From assembly GCA_041746575.1 (NCBI GenBank), contig JBGTGT010000098.1, positions 1-64,000 of the forward strand: a stretch of 64,000 nt of DNA. Direction: 5' to 3'. The position numbers were made by a program, and so were the translations under genes. This DNA comes from Microcystaceae cyanobacterium (GTDB taxonomy: Bacteria > Cyanobacteriota > Cyanobacteriia > Cyanobacteriales > Microcystaceae). Under the pieces are notes generated by a model. The model saw only the letters and a list, made by a program, of their open reading frames with translations, searched no databases and was not told the origin of the DNA. This document shows positions 40,864 to 52,343 of this stretch, in pieces (within the stretch, counting starts at the first letter, position 1; each line of letters opens with the position of its first letter).

Positions 40864-42606
40864 TTAGGGACCCATAATCACTGTAAATACGATACCCTTA
40901 TCTTGCCATGTGTTCCCTTCAAAGGGGACTCTGCCAAGAGGAATACCAAAATCTAATCTAGCACTAAAGGCATTTCGGTATCGCCATTGCAGACCCAGAC
41001 CAACCGACGCTAAGGTATTAATGCTAGGGGTGAAGTCACCATTATTCCAACCCGTGCCAAAATCAACAAAGGGAATCAGATGAAAAGCCACTTGTTGTTC
41101 GAGGTTGGTATATAAAGGAATCCGCAGTTCTGCCTCCGCAAAAAAACCATTATCCGTTAAAAGGGTATTTTGACGATAACCGATAACACTTCCCAACCCT
41201 CCCAACGCAAATTGTTCAAGGGGAACAATCGGACTATTTGCTAACTGTAAGTCTCCTCTGAGGATAAACAACATTTCTGGCGCAAGGGAACGCACCCATT
41301 GAGCTTGTCCGCGCCAAAAAAAGGCTGTTGAGTTAGGCGCATCAGGATTTAAGCGAATATCAAAGGGAACTGTGGTGCCAAGGGCATCTATGCCTTGATT
41401 GAACTCAGAACGGACAGCAATCACCTGTTGTTCCTCCCGTTGTGTCCATTCTTGAAAAAAGCGAATTGTGGTAGCACGAGTGTATCCCGCCGCATCTGAG
41501 CCGGGAGAAGTGATTGGAAAAAGGGGAGTGCGGGTATAATTCGATTGGTAATCAAAGGTAATGCCGAGAACAAGGTCTTTATTCGGGGATTGCCAAACAG
41601 GTTGCTGGAAACTCAGCGCGTATTTTTGATAATCCGAGGACAAATCCAGAACATTAAAGGGTTTTTCGACGATTTTCCCTGTTAAATTCCGAAAATTCAA
41701 ATCAACTTGGCCGTTCCGCGCATTGACAGGAATATTATAAGACACTTCAATATCATCGCTGCCATCGGTATTGCGGTAACTGGCTTGCAGACTATCCCCT
41801 AACCCCCCAAAGTTATCATCGCGAATTTCTGCACCCCGTCGGAAACTGCCTACTTGAGGATTGCGTCCATTATCGAGTAAAATTTTAAAATGAAAAGAAT
41901 TGGCGGTTACTGCCGTTACATTAAGAATACTTTCGCCTGGTTGAATTCCTGTCGATAAATCGGCGGAAATACTTTTAATTAAAGGATCCAATTGCAATAA
42001 TTGTAACGATTTGAGGAGACGTGGCACATTAAGAGGAGGAGTGGTAGCGATCGCAATGCGTGAGCGAATATAATTAGGATTGAGTTTTCCTTCAACTTCG
42101 ACTTGAATTTTGCTGAGTGTTCCTTCAACAATGGCAATGGTTACTTTCCCTTTTTTAATGGCTTGAGGCGGAATATAAGCCCCAGAGGTGAGATAACCTT
42201 TACTAATATAATATTGAGTAATATCAAAACGAGCCTGTAAGAGTTCAGAAAAAGAAATAGGACGATTGGTATAATTTTGAATCACGCCGGCTAATTCTTC
42301 GCTGGAAAAAGCCGTATTTCCCTCAAACTGAAAGCTTTGAATAATAATCGTATCGGGAATCTCAGGAATTTCTTCAGGGATGGGTGGAGGAGAAACAGGG
42401 AAATCAGTCCATTCTGGCGAGTCAGATAGGGTTTGTCCCTGTGCAAAGCTCATAAAATAGCAAAAATTTCCTAGTAAACTCAGCAAAATGACGATAATCA
42501 GCGAAGATAGCCACCTCAATGAGACTAAAAAAATAAGGGACGAATAAAAGAACATGGCAAACGATGCAAACCATAGGAAACAACTCAACGCAACCGTTGT
42601 GGGCAT
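40864..42606 (-). CDS. ShlB/FhaC/HecB-family two-partner secretion pore (TpsB)
   Basis: POTRA segment FEGNTAFS..Y.SKGY; EQFALGGLGSVIGY; beta-barrel C-terminus. Confidence 0.88.
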   Translation of the reverse strand: MPTTVALSCFLWFASFAMFFYSSLIFLVSLRWLSSLIIVILLSLLGNFCYFMSFAQGQTLSDSPEWTDFPVSPPPIPEEIPEIPDTIIIQSFQFEGNTAFSSEELAGVIQNYTNRPISFSELLQARFDITQYYISKGYLTSGAYIPPQAIKKGKVTIAIVEGTLSKIQVEVEGKLNPNYIRSRIAIATTPPLNVPRLLKSLQLLQLDPLIKSISADLSTGIQPGESILNVTAVTANSFHFKILLDNGRNPQVGSFRRGAEIRDDNFGGLGDSLQASYRNTDGSDDIEVSYNIPVNARNGQVDLNFRNLTGKIVEKPFNVLDLSSDYQKYALSFQQPVWQSPNKDLVLGITFDYQSNYTRTPLFPITSPGSDAAGYTRATTIRFFQEWTQREEQQVIAVRSEFNQGIDALGTTVPFDIRLNPDAPNSTAFFWRGQAQWVRSLAPEMLFILRGDLQLANSPIVPLEQFALGGLGSVIGYRQNTLLTDNGFFAEAELRIPLYTNLEQQVAFHLIPFVDFGTGWNNGDFTPSINTLASVGLGLQWRYRNAFSARLDFGIPLGRVPFEGNTWQDKGIVFTVIMGP

Positions 42607-42770
42607 TTTAGCTCAATTTTTGTCGGGCATCTTCACGTTTAGAGACCCATTTACCTGACTAAAGTTTAAATAGGTTTGTTATTGGTGAGTAGTATATAAA
42701 GTTTCGTCAATTAAGTTGGGATGGATAAAGGGCTTACAATAACCCCATCATGCTCATTAAATCATAGATC

Positions 42771-44300
42771 TCAAAATAAAGCCAAATGTTGCCAAGGAGA
42801 GGCCAACGTATTGGCGGTAATCATGCCACTGGCGGCAACGGCAGGAAGACCGATACCAGGGAAGGTAGAATCCCCACAACACCATAAACGGGGGATAGAA
42901 GTGGCTGAAGACGGAAATACCGCTTCTCCTGCCCAAATTGCCCCGCCATAACTGCCTCGATGTCGTCGTAAAAAGCGTTCATGGGTTAGGGGTGTTCCGA
43001 CAAGGGTAACCTCACAACGAGACCGAATATCAGGGATAATCCGTTCTAAACCTTTCCACATAATTTCGGCTCTTTCTTGCTTTAATTGCTGATATTCTGC
43101 ACTATTTCGCTGTATGCCTTGCCACAGTTCATAAGGTTCGTTGGCAGGGGTATAAACATGAAGGGTTTGTTTACCCGCAGGAGCGAGAGAAGGGTCAATT
43201 AAGGAAGGAATCGAAAGAACAACCACATTTTGTGGCGCATTAATTGGTTTTTGCCAATCATTGACTACTATGTAATGACAAGCCAAGTCTGAGGGTAAAT
43301 TTTGCCCATCAAGTCCCAAGTGTAGGTGCATAAAACTATGGCAAAGGGGCATTTTTCCGCGTGCTTGCTTAAAAGATTGGGTGATAGAAGTTTCGGGCAG
43401 TATCTTCAAAGTGTCCCCAATAGAAGCATTAGAAACAACGGCTTTACGAGCTTTGATGACGGTTTGGTTACAAAGTTGAACCCCAACTGCTTGATTATTT
43501 TCGAGCAGAATTTGCTCAACATGGGCATTTAAAAGAAATTTTCCCTGATTTTTCTCAATCCCTCTGACTAAAGCATCGACTAAAGCCCGACTGCCTCCAA
43601 TAGGATAGTCTAGCGTTACATTGGGACGGTACCAATCGCCAAACATAAAAGCCATCTCTGCGGCACTTGTCCCTTCCGCCGGTAAACCAGACAGCAAAAA
43701 ACAGAGTAAATCTAACCAATGACGAACAAAGGGGTCACTAATGACATTATCCATGATTTGAGCAAAATCGCCCGTTAATTGAGCAATACTGAATCCATGA
43801 CGTAAGAGAGTGGGCAAAAAACGACCCATCGTTAATCCTGCCCAAGCATCTAGACGAACAGCAGAGGTCGGCAGAGCATAAACCGCATCTGCATAGGGTT
43901 TCATGATCTTTTGTAATTTTCGCCACTGTTTAACTGCTTCTTGTCCCCTTAATTGCGCCAAGATTTCACAAAATTGATCAGCACCAATAGATGTATTGAA
44001 ATTTCCTTCCGGCAGACGACAGCCCCATGTGTCGTAATTCACCCAAGCGACATCTTCATCAATGGCATCTAAAACCTGTCTAAGAGGGTTAGGGGATGGA
44101 CTGTAGGATAAACCGGAATAAAGCGAGGGACCAGAGTCAAAAATAAAGCCATTTCGTTCAAATCCGTGAGCCGCACCTCCAGCAATAGTGTGACTTTCGC
44201 AAACAACCACAGAAAAACCATATTTTGCCAGTAAAGCCGCACAACAGAGTCCGCCGATGCCGCTACCAATAACGATAATGTCTGTTTCTTGAGAGGGCAT
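42771..44300 (-). CDS. FAD-dependent oxidoreductase, phytoene desaturase/carotenoid isomerase-like
   Basis: IGSGIGG, FDSGPSL, GTPLTHERF and GDSTFPGIG. Confidence 0.85.
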   Translation of the reverse strand: MPSQETDIIVIGSGIGGLCCAALLAKYGFSVVVCESHTIAGGAAHGFERNGFIFDSGPSLYSGLSYSPSPNPLRQVLDAIDEDVAWVNYDTWGCRLPEGNFNTSIGADQFCEILAQLRGQEAVKQWRKLQKIMKPYADAVYALPTSAVRLDAWAGLTMGRFLPTLLRHGFSIAQLTGDFAQIMDNVISDPFVRHWLDLLCFLLSGLPAEGTSAAEMAFMFGDWYRPNVTLDYPIGGSRALVDALVRGIEKNQGKFLLNAHVEQILLENNQAVGVQLCNQTVIKARKAVVSNASIGDTLKILPETSITQSFKQARGKMPLCHSFMHLHLGLDGQNLPSDLACHYIVVNDWQKPINAPQNVVVLSIPSLIDPSLAPAGKQTLHVYTPANEPYELWQGIQRNSAEYQQLKQERAEIMWKGLERIIPDIRSRCEVTLVGTPLTHERFLRRHRGSYGGAIWAGEAVFPSSATSIPRLWCCGDSTFPGIGLPAVAASGMITANTLASPWQHLALF

Positions 44301-44846
44301 TATTTTTATAATACAATTGTTGCTTGAACCTCACGTCATTCTACATTCTACAAAATTTTCCTCAAAATTAGCAACCTGACAAAATGATCGCAAATTGCGA
44401 GTTAATATCATACACTTTTGAGCGCAAACTTTGCACTCCTACCATCAATTTCAATATATACCGCATCAAGTCTAAGGAAAGCATCGTAATTGAAATCACC
44501 TTCCTATCGGCTAATTATCACTGCTCTCGTTTCTTATTAAAATGCACATTTCTCTTTCCCATTTACGGAATAATTTAGTATTATTCAATTCCCCAGAAAA
44601 TATCGGGTTACTGTGTTATTTAGAATGGTCTTTAAACTTTTTAATACATCAACTGTCTGGTCTAACTCATGGTGAACTGCTGATGCCTTATATTAAGGAA
44701 GAATTCCTTGGGGATGATGAGGACAACGGCTGGGATACTTCCCCCACTATTCCTTTGAGGCAGGGAGAATTAGATGAGATTTATCAAATTTAGAGACCCG
44801 TTTATCTGCTTGATTGCAGAATATAAGAGGGATTTTTCAAGAGGTT

Positions 44847-45203
44847 TTATTTAAGAGTAGCTTTCAATTTTCTCAGTAGGAAGTTGGTGATAAATCCCGA
44901 TAAAACCCATTTTTTTCTCACATAATTAAAGATAATAATACGGATTCCCCCCTTCGACAATTTAGCCACTTTTTTGGCCATGCGATTGGCAATGGGGAGA
45001 GAAATTTTTTGATTAATCAGATTAGTTGCCCCAATATCATACAGACAATCGAGGATCATTTTAATGGTGGCCTCTTCTCGTTCAAACAGGTTTTCAATAA
45101 GAAGTTGCACCTCTTGTTTCCGAGATTCTTCCAGTTGCTTGGCTTCAGAGAGGGCGGGAATAATTTGGGTCACATTGAGGATGTCTTGGCGAGTCGTTAA
45201 CAT
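44847..45203 (-). CDS. Hypothetical cyanobacterial protein
   Basis: 118-aa ORF containing EEATIKMILDCLYDIG; same strand as the upstream operon. Confidence 0.65.
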   Translation of the reverse strand: MLTTRQDILNVTQIIPALSEAKQLEESRKQEVQLLIENLFEREEATIKMILDCLYDIGATNLINQKISLPIANRMAKKVAKLSKGGIRIIIFNYVRKKWVLSGFITNFLLRKLKATLK

Positions 45204-45281
45204 TGCTTAATATTAAATATACTTGAAGATATACTATAAAGGACAAATGACGAAATGACTAGGTAATTTTCAAGAATAAGG

Positions 45282-46031
45282 TTAGATTTTGCCAAAACGT
45301 CGTTCCCGCCGTTGATAAGCGAGTAAGGCTTGATGCAATTCTGTGCGACCAAAATCCGGCCAAAGGGTTTCCGTCACATACAGTTCGGCATAGGCAATTT
45401 GCCAGAGTAGAAAATTACTCACCCTCATCTCCCCACTAGTCCGAATTAAGAGGTCAGGATGAGTTAATCCAGCAGTATAAAGATGATGTTCGAAGACCGA
45501 TTCGTTGATTTCTTCCGGTTTAAATTGTCCTTCTGCCACTTTTTGGGCAATCATCCGACAAGCATTTAGAATTTCCTGTCTGCCGCCATAATTGGTGGCT
45601 ACGGTAAATTGAATCCCGCGATTGGGTTCTGTATCGGCCATTGAACGTTGAATTTCCGCTTGTAGAGAGTCCGGTAAAGCCGCTAAGTTGCCCACAAAAC
45701 GAATTTTGACATTTTCTGCCATCATTTCCTTTAATTCCCGTCGTAAGACCCGCTCAAACAAAGTCATTAAGAATTCCACTTCTTCAAGGGGACGACCCCA
45801 ATTTTCCGTTGAGAAAGCATAGGCCGTTAAAGCCGGAATGCCCCAATCCCGACAACAGCGCAATAGGTCTTTGAGCGTATCTACGCCCCGCTGATGCCCC
45901 ATAATACGGGGTAATCCTCGTTTTTTTGCCCATCGACCATTACCATCCATAATGACGGCGATATGCTGAGGTACACGCTGTTGATCAATATCAGTGGGTA
46001 ACGCTTGTAAGGCAATGGGTTGAGCAGTCAT
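45282..46031 (-). CDS. uppS: Isoprenyl transferase (undecaprenyl diphosphate synthase)
   Basis: [17 protein letters not shown] and [15 protein letters not shown]. Confidence 0.95.
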   Translation of the reverse strand: MTAQPIALQALPTDIDQQRVPQHIAVIMDGNGRWAKKRGLPRIMGHQRGVDTLKDLLRCCRDWGIPALTAYAFSTENWGRPLEEVEFLMTLFERVLRRELKEMMAENVKIRFVGNLAALPDSLQAEIQRSMADTEPNRGIQFTVATNYGGRQEILNACRMIAQKVAEGQFKPEEINESVFEHHLYTAGLTHPDLLIRTSGEMRVSNFLLWQIAYAELYVTETLWPDFGRTELHQALLAYQRRERRFGKI

Positions 46032-46927
46032 TTTTTCGTTTCTTGCGAGTGGGATGAGGGAAGATCAGAGAACGGCCACCAAGGGAAACGTTGTCGACCA
46101 ATGGTACGGCTTAGGATTCCCCAACCGGGGGCAACGGTTTCTCGTTCCATTAACGGGGCAAATTTGTTCTCTAATAACTCTTTTAGTTTACTGCTAGTGA
46201 GGGGACGATTTAGATTTCCCCTTTCTGCTAGAGAAATTGACCCCGTTTCTTCAGAAACCACAACACAAAGACAATGATCAACTCGTTCGGTAATACCCAT
46301 GGCAGCGCGGTGGCGAGTGCCTAGTTGTCGAGAGGCGGTACGCTCCGAAAGCGGTAAGATTACACCGGCTGAAATAATACGAGAGCCGCGAATAAAGACT
46401 GCACCATCATGAAGAAGCGTTTTGGGCTGAAAAATCGTCTGTAACAATTCTTTGGAAACCTCTCCATTCAAAATGACACCCCGATTCACAAAGCATGACA
46501 CTTCCACACTATTAAAGGTTTCGATCACCATTAAAGCCCCAGTCCGATTTTGTGAGAGTTCTCTGACAGCATCTACAATTTCATCAATTACACTATTCGG
46601 CTTAGGAGTCGGTCGCTGGGGTTGAAACAGTTGCAAAAGATTGCCTTGCCCTAATAATTCGAGAAAACGGCGGAATTCTGACTGAAAAATCACTGCCATG
46701 GCGACGGCAGCCCCTAAGACAAGTTTATCTAAGACAAAGTTTAATAAGGTTAAGTTTAGAGTTTCGCTGAGGACAGAAGCCAACATTAAGACAATCAATC
46801 CCCTGACCATCCATAAGGTACGACGCTCCCCAGTGATGAGGAGCATGGTATAGGCCAAGATAAAGACAAGACCAATATCTAGACTACGAATCAGCCATTC
46901 TGGAAGCCCAGTAATCGTACCCGACAT
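46028..46927 (-). CDS. cdaA: Diadenylate cyclase
   Basis: Three TM helices, LHDGA, GTRHRAA and VSEETG; lysA-cdaA-uppS context. Confidence 0.95.
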   Translation of the reverse strand: MSGTITGLPEWLIRSLDIGLVFILAYTMLLITGERRTLWMVRGLIVLMLASVLSETLNLTLLNFVLDKLVLGAAVAMAVIFQSEFRRFLELLGQGNLLQLFQPQRPTPKPNSVIDEIVDAVRELSQNRTGALMVIETFNSVEVSCFVNRGVILNGEVSKELLQTIFQPKTLLHDGAVFIRGSRIISAGVILPLSERTASRQLGTRHRAAMGITERVDHCLCVVVSEETGSISLAERGNLNRPLTSSKLKELLENKFAPLMERETVAPGWGILSRTIGRQRFPWWPFSDLPSSHSQETKK

Positions 46928-46965
46928 GGGAGGTTATTCATTCAATAGATAGGGAGTGGATTCGG

Positions 46966-48387
46966 TCAGACGGAGGGTAAAAGTCTTTGGGGGAAGCGAT
47001 CTTGACGGATCAAATCCTCGTAAGATTCTCGCTCAATGATGAGGTTTGCCTCTCCTTCGTTGACTAAGACGGCCGCTGGCCGTGGGAGTCGATTGTAGTT
47101 GGAGGCCATACTATAGTTATAGGCACCGGTGTCTAACACTACCAGAATATCCCCTGCTTGAGTTTCAGGCAACTGAATATCTTTGACTAGAATGTCCCCA
47201 GATTCACAATGTTTCCCTGCAATAGTGACGGTTTCGCTAGCCGATTCGTTCATGCGATTGGCAATCACGGCTCGATAAACGGATTGATAGGTAATCGGAC
47301 GGGGATTATCGGACATTCCACCATCAACGGCAATATAAGTCCGCAAATTGGGAACAACTTTCTTAGAACCAACAGTATAAGCGGTAACACAGGCATTAGC
47401 AATGAGCGATCGCCCCGGTTCGGCAATCAATTTGGGCAGGGGAAGATTCTGCGCTTGACACGCTTTAACCACCGATTGGGCGGCGGCTTTTACCCATTCC
47501 TCAATCGTCGGTGGATCATCGTTTTCGGTGTAGCAAATGCCTAATCCACCTCCAATATTGAGTTCTTTAATGATTAAGCCGTAAGTCTGCGCTTTTTTGA
47601 GCCAATCAACGAGGACGAAAGCAAGATCTTGATGGGGTTGACGTTCAAAAATCTGTGAGCCAATATGAGCATGAAGCCCTAAGCAGTGCAAATTCGCTTG
47701 TTGACTGACAAAAGTGAATACCGCTTCGATTTGTTGAGGATCAAAGCCAAATTTACTGTCTAGACTACCTGTGCGGATATATTCGTGGGTATGACATTCA
47801 ATACCGGGAGTGAGCCGGAGCAAAATAGGAATGGGTTGAGAGGTAGGAATTTTAGCAAGGGTTTCTAATTCTCGCCAATTATCAACAATAATGCGACATC
47901 CCACTTCAACAGCGTAGGTTAACTCACTGAAGGATTTGTTATTGCCATGAAAATAAATCTTTTGGGCAGACTGTTCCTTTGTCCAACCCATTTTTTCTAA
48001 GGCGGTTAGGGTGGTGTAGAGTTCTCCCCCCGATACCACATCAAACCCCAATCCTTCGCTGGCAATGACGCCACAGACGGCGAGGCAACTCCAAGCTTTT
48101 GAAGCGTAGATAATCAGACTTTCGGCCGGATAATAGGTCTTAAATGCGTCTTGATACTGACGACAGGCGGTACGCAGGGTAAATTCATCTAGAATATACA
48201 AAGCAGAGCCGTATTGTTTGACAAGGGTGGTAACTTCACATCCACCGATTTCTAAGTGATTCTTTTGGTTTAATTTAGCGGTAAGAGGTAATAATTGTTG
48301 ATTAACTGAAGGCAATACTTGATTATTCTCTATTTGTGGCAAATATTGTCTGCCTGTAGGGGGGGATAGGGATTCAGTCATTAACAT
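46966..48387 (-). CDS. lysA: Diaminopimelate decarboxylase
   Basis: YASKA, HIGSQ, EPGRS, HCESGD and GAYNYSM. Confidence 0.95.
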   Translation of the reverse strand: MLMTESLSPPTGRQYLPQIENNQVLPSVNQQLLPLTAKLNQKNHLEIGGCEVTTLVKQYGSALYILDEFTLRTACRQYQDAFKTYYPAESLIIYASKAWSCLAVCGVIASEGLGFDVVSGGELYTTLTALEKMGWTKEQSAQKIYFHGNNKSFSELTYAVEVGCRIIVDNWRELETLAKIPTSQPIPILLRLTPGIECHTHEYIRTGSLDSKFGFDPQQIEAVFTFVSQQANLHCLGLHAHIGSQIFERQPHQDLAFVLVDWLKKAQTYGLIIKELNIGGGLGICYTENDDPPTIEEWVKAAAQSVVKACQAQNLPLPKLIAEPGRSLIANACVTAYTVGSKKVVPNLRTYIAVDGGMSDNPRPITYQSVYRAVIANRMNESASETVTIAGKHCESGDILVKDIQLPETQAGDILVVLDTGAYNYSMASNYNRLPRPAAVLVNEGEANLIIERESYEDLIRQDRFPQRLLPSV

Positions 48388-48696
48388 AGGGAGTATCAGT
48401 CGTCAGTAGAAAAGGGCTATCTAATTGAGTTAGTGTTCGATTTTGGATATTAAATATTTAGATGAAAATGCTTAAATTAAGCCTATTTATCCTGTCGAAC
48501 GGGGATGGCTCGCGCTTTCGTAACTTTGAAAACAGTCTCAAGCCTTCTTTTCAGTGTACTATACACGGTTTGCAAGTTAGTATTCGATTTTTCAGCGAAG
48601 GTTGACACGTTACGAAATGGGGAGAGGACAAAGCGACAATAACTTGAAGAAAGTCCAGCCAATTCAAGGAAGGTTTAAGGCTGAAATTGTGCGTTT

Positions 48697-49407
48697 TTGA
48701 TAGTTTCTCAAATGCTACATAACCTTTATAATTATTTTAACCCTCTTTCAAGGTCAAGGCTGATGAAACTGCTTTCTGTTAATGTCGGACTTCCCCAAAA
48801 CGTTTCTTATCAAAAGAAAACCACAACAACGGGCATTTTTAAAACGCCTGTTGAGGGTAAAATTATGCTGAGAGCATTAAACTTAGAAGGCGACGGTCAA
48901 GCAGATTTAGACAATCATGGTGGCATAGATAAAGCCGTGTATCTTTATTCCTACGATAATTATCCCTATTGGCAAGCAATCTTAGGACAAAATACCCTCC
49001 CTTTGGGACAATTTGGCGAAAATTTTACGGTCGAAGGACTGTTAGACGCTCATGTCCATATCGGCGATACTTTTCAAGTGGGAGAGGCTGTCATTCAAGT
49101 CACTCAACCCCGCATTCCTTGTTATAAATTAGGAATTCGTCTCGAAAAACCAAATTTCCCTAAGCAATTTCTTGACAGTGGTAAAACGGGATTTTATGCC
49201 AAAGTTTTACAAGAAGGATGGGTCGAAAAAGGAAACAAAATTGAGCGTATGATTTTAGATTCTCAGCAAATTACTGTCTATCAAGCCTTTCGCTTGCTTT
49301 ACTTTGAGTCCCATAATATAGAAGGCATTAAGCAGGTATTAGAAATTGAAGCGTTATCGGATTCATGGCGTAAATCCTTTGAAAAAAAGTTAAAATCTCA
49401 ACCTTAA
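48697..49407 (+). CDS. MOSC-domain protein (YiiM-like; likely start ATG 48763)
   Basis: GDGQAD..HGG.DKA, FGENF and QPRIPCYKL. Confidence 0.88.
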   Translation: MIVSQMLHNLYNYFNPLSRSRLMKLLSVNVGLPQNVSYQKKTTTTGIFKTPVEGKIMLRALNLEGDGQADLDNHGGIDKAVYLYSYDNYPYWQAILGQNTLPLGQFGENFTVEGLLDAHVHIGDTFQVGEAVIQVTQPRIPCYKLGIRLEKPNFPKQFLDSGKTGFYAKVLQEGWVEKGNKIERMILDSQQITVYQAFRLLYFESHNIEGIKQVLEIEALSDSWRKSFEKKLKSQP

Positions 49408-49603
49408 CGAGGAGCATTACTGATATTTTTGGACGCTTCCGACGCTCGCTTAAAAATAATGGGTCTTTCCTTCCCAATGAATCAACAATTAATGCAAAAA
49501 TAAATCCTCTTAATTTAAGAGTATCTTTTTGAAATCAAAAAAAAGAATTAGAAATTAAGCAATATTAAAGAAAGTTCTTTATATTTTGTTTTTTATTCGT
49601 TAT

Positions 49604-50464
49604 TTAACATGCCCCCCTGCGATTGAAAACAATGATGATCGTCGTTATCATCAACTTCAAATCATACCAGATTGACCATTTTTGCTGATATCCTAAATCT
49701 AATTGGATAACTTCCTCAAAATCTTTAATTTTAGACCGTCCTCTCACTTGCCATTCTCCTGTAATGCCCGGTTTGACTTTAAGCCGTTGGTAGTGATGAG
49801 GTTCATACAATGTAACTTCATCGGGGGTCGGCGGACGAGTGCCAACCAAACTCATATCTCCCATTAAAACATTCAGAAATTGAGGAAATTCATCTAAACT
49901 GGTGCTTCTTAAGAACTTACCTAGGCAAGTAATTCTAGGATCATTTGTATTTTTAAAAAATTGACCTTTAACTTCGTTTTTAACTAAATGCTTTTGTTGT
50001 TCTGCCTGAATAATCATGGAACGAAATTTCCATAAGCGAAAGGACTTTCCCTTTAAGCCACAACGGATCTGAGAATAGAATAACGGACCTGGGTCATCCC
50101 ACAGCATAGCGATCGCAATGGGAATGATTAGACAGATGGTAAGGGACAATCCAACCAAAGCACCTATTATATCAATCAAACGCTTCACGGGACTATAAAC
50201 GGAAGGATGAACCCTTTCGTTACCCATATTTGTGGCTGAATGAGGGAAGATAACCCCATCTGATGAAAAGTCTTTAGACAGCTGATGAGTAATAATCACA
50301 GTTACGGCCTTTACCAAACAAAACTGAATAGGGGTAGGATTGTTCCTCTTAAATCTTAGAGGCAAGTTGCAGAACCGAGATGATTCTTCCAAATGTCTTC
50401 CATCTTTGGGATGAAGAGAGAGGACATCTTTATCAAAATTAGCCCAGATTTTTGGGTTCGTCAT
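49604..50464 (-). CDS. Bacterial sugar transferase (priming phosphoglycosyl transferase)
   Basis: KRLIDI, KFRSM, DPRIT, SLDEFPQ and GDMSLVGTRP. Confidence 0.9.
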   Translation of the reverse strand: MTNPKIWANFDKDVLSLHPKDGRHLEESSRFCNLPLRFKRNNPTPIQFCLVKAVTVIITHQLSKDFSSDGVIFPHSATNMGNERVHPSVYSPVKRLIDIIGALVGLSLTICLIIPIAIAMLWDDPGPLFYSQIRCGLKGKSFRLWKFRSMIIQAEQQKHLVKNEVKGQFFKNTNDPRITCLGKFLRSTSLDEFPQFLNVLMGDMSLVGTRPPTPDEVTLYEPHHYQRLKVKPGITGEWQVRGRSKIKDFEEVIQLDLGYQQKWSIWYDLKLMITTIIIVFNRRGAC

Positions 50465-50702
50465 CCCTTGAGGGCAAATCAGATCGGTAATTTTGACTAA
50501 GTATTCTATGGAGAAACCTCAATCTCAATCTCAGTTTTCCCGAAAAATATCTCAAAAGCTCAAACACTTCTAAAGATTTAAATCATTGAAAACAGTAAAA
50601 AAATGATACTATTGACAATAATTAATGGTATAAGCACAAATTAATCAGTTATCTTGTTCTTTATCTTCACAAATGTTTTTCTCTATTCAACAGTCTGAGG
50701 GA

Positions 50703-50716
50703 GTAACCGCTGTTAC
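50703..50716. promoter_or_regulatory. Candidate NtcA site upstream of gltS
   Basis: GTA-ACCGCTGT-TAC is an exact GTA-N8-TAC, 55 nt before the gltS ATG. Confidence 0.45.
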
Positions 50717-50770
50717 TGAATAATACTGATCTCTGTGTTATGAAATACAAAATTCTCAGGTGAAATAAGG

Positions 50771-52237
50771 ATGTTTAATTTAAAAGACGTTTTCTTTGCT
50801 TTTACCATCGTCGCCATTCTGTTGCTGGTAGGACGTTGGCTTAAGCACAAAATAGGCTTTTTTCAACGAATTTATCTTCCTTCGTCCATCATTGCTGGCG
50901 GTATCGCCTTACTGCTTGGCCCTCAGATCTTAGGGGCGATCGCTATCTCTTTAGGTTATGATGGCACATTTATTGCCGAAAATGGACTTTTTCCTGAAGC
51001 CATGCGCACAGTTTGGCAACAGTCTCCCGGCATCTTCATCAACGTGGTGTTTGCCGCTCTTTTTCTCGGTGAGATCATTCCTAGTCCTAGAGACATCTGG
51101 CGTAAAGCCGCTCCACAAGTTGCTTTTGGGCAATCTTTGGCATGGGGACAATATGTCATCGGAATTTTACTCACTATGTTTGTCTTAACCCCTATTTTTG
51201 GCTTAAATCCGATAGCAGGGGCATTAATTGAAATTACATTTGAAGGAGGACATGGTACAGCGGCCGGCATGGGAGAAACCTTGACCGAATTGGGGTTTCC
51301 CGAAGGGGCCGATATGGCCTTAGGATTAGCCACAGTAGGCATTGTCTCTGGGATTATCGCTGGAACCATTTTAGCTAATTGGGGACGACGCAAAGGCTAT
51401 ATTGCCTATCAAGAAGCCCCTCCCTCAGGAGAAGAGGATGAACTGGGCTTCATTCATCAAGAAGATGCCGATACGCGGCGAATTAGAGCCAGATTAATGC
51501 GAAATCTTCTAATCGATCCTTTATCCCTGAATTTTGGTTTTGTGGCTTTAGCCGTTGGCATAGGGTGGCTGATTTTAGAAGTGCTAAAGCGCATTGAATT
51601 TCTCACTTGGGGACAAACCGGATTTAAACTGATTGATTATGTCCCCCTCTTCCCTATGGCTTTGATCGGGGGAATTATCGTGCAACTCCTCGCCAAGCGT
51701 TTGCGGATTAGTCCTTTAATTATGCGTCCCCTCCAAAATCATATTGCGGGATTAGCCCTAGATATTGTAATCGTCACGGCTTTAGCCTCCATTTCCTTGT
51801 CTATCCTCGGCAAGAATCTTGTTCCCTTCCTCCTGATTTCTCTTACAGGAATTATTTGGAACGTAGGCGCGTTCCTCCTGTTAGCCCCTCGTTTATTGCC
51901 TTCCTATTGGTTTGAACGAGGCATCGGTGATATGGGACAATCAATGGGGGTCACGGCTACAGGAATTTTATTAATTCGGATGGTTGATCCGGATAATCAA
52001 ACGGGCGCATTTGAAAGCTTTGCTTATAAACAACTCTTTTTTGAGCCAATTGTGGGGGGAGGGCTATTTACCGCCGCCGCTCCTGCTTTGATAAAGGAAT
52101 TTGGCGCAACGTCTATCTTAATCCTAACGGCAGGATTATTAATTTTTTGGTTAGTCTTTGGTTTCTATCTCTTTCGTAAGATGGCACCCTCCTCTCGCTC
52201 TCTGGGAGAGTCTGCTCCAGAATATATCAGAAAATAG
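50771..52237 (+). CDS. gltS: Sodium/glutamate symporter
   Basis: LPSSIIAG, FEGGHGTAAG and GQSMGVTATG; many TM segments. Confidence 0.88.
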   Translation: MFNLKDVFFAFTIVAILLLVGRWLKHKIGFFQRIYLPSSIIAGGIALLLGPQILGAIAISLGYDGTFIAENGLFPEAMRTVWQQSPGIFINVVFAALFLGEIIPSPRDIWRKAAPQVAFGQSLAWGQYVIGILLTMFVLTPIFGLNPIAGALIEITFEGGHGTAAGMGETLTELGFPEGADMALGLATVGIVSGIIAGTILANWGRRKGYIAYQEAPPSGEEDELGFIHQEDADTRRIRARLMRNLLIDPLSLNFGFVALAVGIGWLILEVLKRIEFLTWGQTGFKLIDYVPLFPMALIGGIIVQLLAKRLRISPLIMRPLQNHIAGLALDIVIVTALASISLSILGKNLVPFLLISLTGIIWNVGAFLLLAPRLLPSYWFERGIGDMGQSMGVTATGILLIRMVDPDNQTGAFESFAYKQLFFEPIVGGGLFTAAAPALIKEFGATSILILTAGLLIFWLVFGFYLFRKMAPSSRSLGESAPEYIRK

Positions 52238-52343
52238 CCCTTTTTGTTGATAGTGTATAGTGTAAAGTTAATAATTAAAGAAATAACACTTTACTATTAA
52301 CGCTTTATTCGTAATTTTTTTTTGCCTTCCCAATCAATTAAAT

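Noticed and set aside
44542..44793. Small acidic ORF
   Set aside because: No RBS or motif support; cannot be told apart from chance.
45282..48387. lysA-cdaA-uppS linkage as a novel c-di-AMP module
   Set aside because: This is a known conserved cyanobacterial gene arrangement.
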